64,000 nt of DNA from Rhizodiscina lignyota (taxonomy: Eukaryota): NCBI GenBank assembly GCA_010015805.1, contig ML978127.1, positions 1,116,001 to 1,180,000 on the forward strand, written 5' to 3'. The notes under the pieces were generated by a model. That model worked only from the letters and a program-made list of their open reading frames with translations, was not told where the DNA came from and did no database searches. Made by a program: the position numbers and the translations under genes. Shown here one piece after another: positions 57,128 through 64,000 of the stretch (position 1 is its first letter; every line of letters starts with the position of its first letter).

Positions 57128-59262
57128 TGACGACAATCTCGGGCTAGCGACCGGAAACTCGGCCCATAAGGTATCACATTTCATTTGGAAAGTCGGCAAA
57201 GGGAAGACAAAGATTGGTAGAGAATGCTACTACACTTCAATTTGTGTCTCGCTCTGAGATCATCGCTGCACACCATCTTCCATCTTCCCGCACACCGCTT
57301 CGCTCTTGCCGGTGTGAAAACGATGACAACTGGCCCGCAGGGCTCCATCGGAGGGGCCCACCCTCACCCTCCCGGCTGTCACCGCCCCTGCGATTGGACT
57401 TCAGGAGGAGCTAGCGTCTACCGCGACGGACCGCCGCATGAAGAAAGCATCACGTGAGACGCAAGCTGCAAGTTTTTACAAGGCCCTCCTTGAAAAGTTA
57501 CCGGCAAGGATGTTGACCTCTTGGCGGCAAAATGGAACGCCTTTACACTCGTGTGCAGAATCGGCTGCTGACACTACAAGGGGCGGCAAGTAAGTAGATC
57601 GCAAATCGTATTCTTTTCGTTCGGCAAACATCATGACGGGGATGTTCGATGGATTGTCTCACATAGCACGATGCACAGCGGCTGCAGAGGTTTCCTTGCT
57701 CCTATCACTCCTTGAATGCCGAAGAACGCCTTCCATGCAGGTTCGTTCACTGCTATGCATTGCTGCGTATGTACGGAGATTGATAGGATCGGCCCGTCCG
57801 TGCAGGTGGTTCAGCGTGTCCTTTCCTCCAGAGACCCGTGCAGAAAGCCGCCGTCCATGCGGGCAAGAGAGCGACAAACGACAATGCGCCTATTTCTTTG
57901 TCCTCGGCGTCGCGCATGGAGCGGTTACGCTGCATTATCGAAGCCGAGTAGTCGCATCTTGCCTTCCCGTGTCACAATCAAGCGCGATGTCGCACAAGGT
58001 GACAGGCAGCCGCGCGAAAACTGCGTTTACCTCATGCCGTTACGAGGTGGGAAATGTCAAAGCTGCACGCACGACCTTCTGTCCGCTGCACTCGCCATGC
58101 GTTCCGCCATGCGTTCGGCAAGGATATCTGCACGCTGACGAGGAGGATTTTGCTGCATTTGAGTCTCAATCACCGTCAAAAGGAGGGCAAGGCGCCCATC
58201 AAACAAACTTGAATCGACGCCCCGGCCCGCTCCTAGTCTTGCAGATATGCTGTACAGCATCTCATGCAGCAGACGCGGGTCGTGCGTGTAGCATTGCGAG
58301 TTCTCGTACGCCCCTCTGTTGATTGTACGAGAGCCTTTTCTTCAAGTACGAGGAGCAGGCGTCACAGTCATGCTTTGCAATTAATTTTAGAGTTGTTCGG
58401 CCCTTCTCCGCGTACGCTGCTCACCGGCAACGAACAACGATACGTTCCGGCTGCAGAAATCGTTGAGAACATGTTGAGGGGAGGCTTACTACTGTCTGAG
58501 GAAATAGTGAGTCACGAATGCAGTGTACGTCAGCGTCGGTCCGACCCATACATGACAACGAGGGTATGTTGAAAGGTGTTCCTGGCAGCGTGATCAATCG
58601 TTCACCAAGGTCGCACACCGACTTTGTGGCCAAACAAGCAATGGAGCGCGTGTGCCTTTCGCTAACCCGTCAATAAGCGTTCGCATGTGTTCTCGAGAGC
58701 CTATTCGCAGCAGTCGCAACTCGTGGTGTTGACACCGTCTCGAGCTCTTCTGGCGAGTGAGGATCGAAAGACAGTCAGCTTGCGAGATGTCGACATCGTT
58801 TGCTGCACCTAACAAGGGAGCATCCGTTTCTCAACACGCCATGGCCCGGTTATGCAGCGGGACGTTTTTGGGGCAGTTCCGCTGTACCGTAACGGATCGA
58901 GAACCACAACAGAGCTAGCTTCGCCGTTTTGCATGCCGCCCTTCTGTAGTGCGTTAACGGAGGATTTAGGTCCTACAGCTACATATGCAGCCGCCAGCAT
59001 CAGATCATTTTTGCGGAGCATTGTGTATTGAAGCCAAACGATGAACTGGGGCGATGCTGCAGAGGATTGCGCAATCTCTACGGAGAAAATGGGACAAGCG
59101 TCCATCCCGGTCGACCTTTTCCTCAGAAGCCTAGATTCCTGAGAAGTACAAATACGGGAATCAGCCGATGCAACCGGATGTTCTAGCAGCAGTTCTTTGG
59201 TAGGCTAGGTAAACTAAGCTCTGGTGTGGCCGGAGCAGGGAAAGGCAGGCTGCGTCTCGGCC

Positions 59263-59509
59263 GCCATTGGCTGCAGCCGCAAAAAACGGGCTCCAACAAG
59301 TCACCTTGCGCGCCGTCGCGAGCAGCCAATGGCAGAAAAGAACACGATGTGATATTGATTTCGAGGTAGTCAGACGACGGTCACAAGCAGAGCAAAAAAG
59401 AAAACTGTGGACACCGCGCGCCATCAGCGGAGCGCTCAGCAGCGGAGGCAAGACCGCCATCGCTGCCAATGCCCTCCCAATAAATGCGTTGCGCAGGGCA
59501 TTGCATTGG
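59263..59509. promoter_or_regulatory. CCAAT-box cluster with 12-bp inverted repeat upstream of the Zn2Cys6 gene
   Basis: CCAAT or ATTGG at 59266, 59326, 59466, 59477 and 59505. GCCATTGGCTGC (59263-59274) and GCAGCCAATGGC (59322-59333) are exact reverse complements. Confidence 0.45.
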
Positions 59510-61209
59510 CCGAGGCAGAGCGAGAGTGTAGGTGTCGAGATGGGACGGATGCTGGGTGCTCGCACACAACTAGCAGTGCGCGCGGATCCAGGCTGTTTGC
59601 GGGTGGGCGGACGGCGCGTTGCATGCGCTTTCCTAGGTACACTACTCTCGGAACCAAGACGCTCACCTTACCTTGTCGGCGCTCTGCACCGTCAGAAATG
59701 CCGGCGAGCCGAAAGGGACGACGCGCTTTCGAGGCTTATGGACGTAGGCTCACCGGTCTGCGGTGCCGATGTTCAAGAGTTTGGTACACTTGCGCTCGAG
59801 GACCAGACTGCCGACTGCTGTTGCATGGGACCCGGTTCAGCCGATGATGACCGAGATTTGGCTCTTCCGCCCTCTGCAGGGCACAGCTTGGTGAAGGTTT
59901 TTGCGTTGCCTCCTTTTCGAGTTTTCTTACGTTGCGGTCCTGTCCAGCACCAGCTCAGCTTGGGGAAGAATGGCGATGGAATTTCGGGAGAAGCAAGCCA
60001 ATAATGAGGGGTGCGGCTTTTGCGCGGCGTCGACGCCTGGGCTGCTGGGGAAAAGAAGGCGCTGCGGAAGCATGGACAGGGGCCCGCAATGCGTAGGGGT
60101 GGGTGCGACATGGTTCAAGGGCAGATCTGGGATGTGTCTTGTAAGTGGTAGGCAGATTGCTTTGGCCTCGTGGCAAGCGGTCATCCAGCCTTAGAATCCA
60201 TGAGGGTTTAGCAGCAAGCGGCTGTCCATCCTCCTCTCACGTCGCCGGGGCAGGCTGGCAGCAGGAAAAAGCATCGCAACGCATGCATCTGCTGGTGCGT
60301 CTGAGCGAATACGGCGAGGCGATTAACCGCACCGCAGCGCCGGCCACATATCATTCTACGCACATGACCTGACGGGAGCGCGCTCATGGCGATGACGCTG
60401 TTTCAATTGCGACTTTCATTACGCCCAGCAGGCGTGAAACGTAGCCAGACCACCGAACCCCCTTACGCCACTGAATGTGCGCTCCCTCCGTCTCCCTGGG
60501 GCAAGCCAGCAAGCCCATGCACCGCGCTGGTAGCGGCCCTTGTTGCTTTGACGGCACGGGATACGCTCCACATGCTTTGCCCACTAGTGAAGTCGCCTCG
60601 AGCGGAAGCATCCATGGCCTGCTGGTGCCTCCCGCGACTTTTATTAACCTAACCGTCCCCTTGGTCTTGGATCGATCTCCCGCCCGCTTAACCTGTCATC
60701 CGTCCATACATACGAACTCCATCCACTCTCTCCTCCAAACCGCGCTGCCGAGAGGGATCCAATCCAGCAATTAATCGATCGCCACGCCAGTCAATTCTCT
60801 GCTTACATTCCGCCTCTTCACCAGTGGCCGCGTCGACCTGCTAAGGGAGGGCACACCGCAACATTGCTTCGCCACGGCCACGGTTGCATCACACCTCGGG
60901 CGCAACGAATCAAACGGCTGCTTTGCAATCTCAGCTCCCACATCCCCCGTCCTGCTCTCTGCTTGTTGGGCAATCGCAAGAGCGCAACTGGCCACTTAGC
61001 CGCCTCCACCTTTCGGCTCTCCCGGCTCTTCGACGGGACGGTCCACGTTCCTGTGCGACTTCAACCCGGATCAGAGCATCGACCCTGGCTCTCGTGTCTG
61101 GTGTGCGTGTGACTCTCCTCTAATGACGGCGGGCGCCAGCATTCTCATCCCTTCTCTTTAAGGCGGACGGACCGGACTTGTCGCTCTCCCCTTTCCTTAC
61201 AATCACTCC

Positions 61210-63071
61210 ATGTACCCTCATCACTCCGGCGGCCCACAACCTCCACCAAATCACCAGCAGTGGACGACGGCGCAGCAGCATCAGGAGCAGCCTTCCAATT
61301 CGCCACACCACCCTCAGCAGCCTCCGAACGGTGCGCCGAACGGATATCCTCCCGCTCCCCTCCCTTCGATTCAGGTATGTGTTCGCGGAAGTTCAGATAA
61401 ACTTTTAGTGTTGAAGAAGTTTTGGAAAGAGCGACCCAGCTGACGTCAACCACGAACTCGCAGCCACCACCTTCAACAATGGTAAACATCTACCCCTCCT
61501 TCAACACACTTCACAACACTTGCGAACATATAAATTGACTGGCAATTTCTACTCCACAGGCTGCATCGCAGTATCATCTTCCTGCCCCGCATCGTCACGA
61601 AATGTATCCACGACACCAATTTCCGCCTCAGTATCCAGTATGTAGTCAACTTCTCGGCTTCACGCGACGCAGTTCGTGTATCTAACTACCTGATTAGTAT
61701 CCCCAGCAGGTGACCCAGCCCGCTCCGAGACAGAGGACCGCCATAGCTTGCAGGTGAGATAAGCCCAGATACCCAGGCTCACGATGCTCCAGTCGCGTCA
61801 CTCCACTGTCAGCGCATCTTGTGAGAGAATTCATCAGCTATCGATGGCCATCCTGCCCGTGCGATTCGTCAATCCTTCACGCGACGCGTCCTCAATTCAA
61901 CACTATTAGTGGTGTGAGGTTGTTCGCCAAGAATGTGAAGGCTTTGGCATTGCCGGAGGTATCTCTGAAATGCGCGCTCTGCGCAGGCAACAGAGCGCGC
62001 ATGAGCAGTTAATGCATTACAGTGTCGGCGGCGCATTCACATTGCTGAGATACTTGATCACTTTGGACGCGCTGGCAGTGAAGTGACGACGGCTGCATTT
62101 TATTTTCATGCTCTTGTGAATGGCCAAATATCACGCAGAGCTCGCCACTGACATGAATCAGATACTGTCGCCGCCGCAAGATTCGATGCTCCGGCTTTGA
62201 GAATTCGGAGGATGGCCGTTGCCAGAATTGCACGCGCTTTCAGCAAGAATGCGTCTTCACTCCAGTTTCGGCACAGACGCAGGCATTCGTACCTGCTCAC
62301 ACCGTCTATGGCCGTGGAGGACATCCTGCTGGAGCGCAGCTGTATGGCGCGTACGGTCAGCCTCTCCCTCCCACGCAACCTCAAGATCCATACGGCCGCG
62401 GTGCTCCACAACCATATCCTGTGACAAGCCCAACGGGCCCGTATGCTGGCCCTCCTCCTGGATATGTACCCGCTCCTGCGCCCCTTGATACGCGAAATGG
62501 TACTCACAGCCGCAAGCGCCCATCTGACGAGCCTCACACGCCGAGTTTGGCTCCTCCCCCACCGGGTGCTTCTCGCGCGGAGCACGACTATCGTTATCCG
62601 GACCCCACGACCCTTGCTCCTTCAGCCGGAGCGGTCTCACCAGCGAGCAGCAGCGCATCGTACCATTCTGCTCCTCAGCAATCGAACCAGCAAACGCCCT
62701 ACTACACCCAACCTCCTTCGACGATCGCACACAGCCAACCCCTCCAAGCGCGTCGCCCAAGTCCTACGAGCAGTGCGTACAACTACGATACGAGCCGTGC
62801 CTCAAGCTCTCCGCATACGCACCCTCAGCCGGGAACACCGTACGGCGGTGATGCCCTCCGTCCACCTTCTAACCATCCTCAGAGCCGTACGCCACCTCCA
62901 GTTTCTACAGCAGGTGGACCAAGCCCGCAGCAGCAGGCCGCCGGTGGCCCAGGAGGTAGACACGGAATGAGCATAAGCAACCTAGTCAGTGGTCAAGGCG
63001 CGCAGGATGCGGCTAGTCCGCCTACAAGGAGCACCATGGATACCAACATGGTGAACAAACTCGGCAAATAA
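61210..63071 (+). CDS. Zn(II)2Cys6 transcription factor, McrA-like (no middle homology region; Pro/Gln/Ser-rich)
   Basis: Exons 61210-61374, 61464-61481, 61560-61637, 61698-61753, 62162-63071. PRQRTAIACRYCRRRKIRCSGFENSEDGRCQNCTRFQQECVFTPVS and LYGAYGQPLP. The Zn cluster is certain; the McrA-like assignment is from memory and less certain. Confidence 0.85.
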
Positions 63072-64000
63072 GCAGGAGCAAGAAGCTGATGGTGTGGACA
63101 GCGGCGTGCGTGAGAGAGGAGCATACGAGGAGTTGTGGAGTTTGGGGTTGAATTTGGTGGCACAATGAAAGAGCAGGGGGGCGTATGGTAGTTGGTGCGA
63201 GCCGGAGGCTGGTCCTTCGGCGTCAAAAAACGAATAATCGAGCGACTCGAGATTTCACACCATACAGCAAACGGACCGCTCCCAATTTTCAATTCAAGGA
63301 TTTTTCCAGCTCTAGGGTTAATTGAGGCTTCCAACAGAAGGCTCGACATTTTATTTCCTTTGTTCCGGCTGAGGAGTAAATCGGATTAGCTCCTGGGAAG
63401 AGACTTCGGATTATCTCTGGGATGGGCGGCCTTTTGCGAGCGTTTTTGCACGTATGGTGGCGATGTCAACTGGGTGGCTGTCTGATCAAATTGCTTTTTG
63501 CAAACTCGTTCTGGTTTTCCCTGCTTTTTGTTCTTGTTATTTTTCGTTTTGGGTCTGCATGGTTCGGTTATCTGCCTTTTCTTTCTAGTGGGTTTCGGAG
63601 CATGCGAGGTCAAGAACAGACTGCAAGTGGGGATTTTGCTTTTCTCGACGTCCGCACAAGCAACACAGGAGAGAGCATGGTTCCAGTTGCATGAGGCTGT
63701 TCTCCGCTCAGGGGAGTGTGCGATATGGTGGTTTTCGATTCTTCCTTCAGATGAGGAAAAGTTCGGAGTTTGCTCTGTTGTAGTTTGACATTCGGGCACA
63801 CGGAGCTTCCCGGCTGATTTTCTGATTTCTTCTCTTCCCCTTGAGCTTGGGTCTCAAAAGTAACTTCTACTTCATCCGACTGTCCTTCCCGACCCCTTTA
63901 ATCCGCGACACACATTCCATAGCACACCAATCCCCACTTCACTTTTCCCCCCAACACGACAGTCCTTTCCGCTCTGCGAGTCTTTTACAGTTTTATATTT

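Noticed and set aside
57633..60372. 229-aa and 245-aa ORFs upstream of the Zn2Cys6 gene
   Set aside because: Arg/Cys/Ser-rich random-looking composition typical of GC-rich regulatory DNA; no domain.
1..64000. Transposons, RIP-type AT-rich blocks, tRNA, rRNA, CRISPR arrays
   Set aside because: No transposase or reverse-transcriptase motifs, terminal repeats, AT-rich decay, cloverleaf or repeat-spacer pattern was seen. TTG/GTG starts in the ORF track are artefacts of prokaryote-style ORF calling.

Overview
Eukaryotic DNA from an intron-containing filamentous ascomycete (Pezizomycotina). Most introns are about 50-130 nt, GT-AG, with CTRAY branch points, so the six-frame ORF track fragments most genes; I rebuilt exon structures by hand. 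About 22 protein-coding genes are supported. Recognisable genes: PCL5-type cyclin (runs off the left edge), CNL1, EGD2, RPL14, RRP43, ARC19, UBP6, REC8, a FRE-family metalloreductase, UBC13, MTC5/WDR59, RPL24, a SAM methyltransferase, TYW3, a DUF2461 protein and an McrA-like Zn2Cys6 factor. The most interesting element is an accessory-looking block at 6.2-18.4 kb. It holds a head-to-head pair: an intronless 1268-aa TPR-CHAT (caspase-like) protease and a 304-aa protein that aligns motif-for-motif, by eye, with fungal gasdermins and carries an acidic C-terminal tail behind an Arg-Arg-Gly site. This is a candidate proteolysis-activated cell-death/innate-immunity module, flanked by a pathogen-related-protein homologue and a minimal PIP-kinase-like gene. 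Other signals: an AUG-depleted ~1.25-kb PCL5 leader with one strong-context uORF, hairpins and a cluster of Gcn4/CpcA-type sites; three unusually long, hairpin-rich introns in the DUF2461 gene; a GC-AG intron in REC8; a small secreted Cys-containing protein hidden by splicing; and a degenerate RING in MTC5. I recognised no tRNA, rRNA, CRISPR array or intact transposon. All family assignments come from motif recognition by eye; no searches were run.
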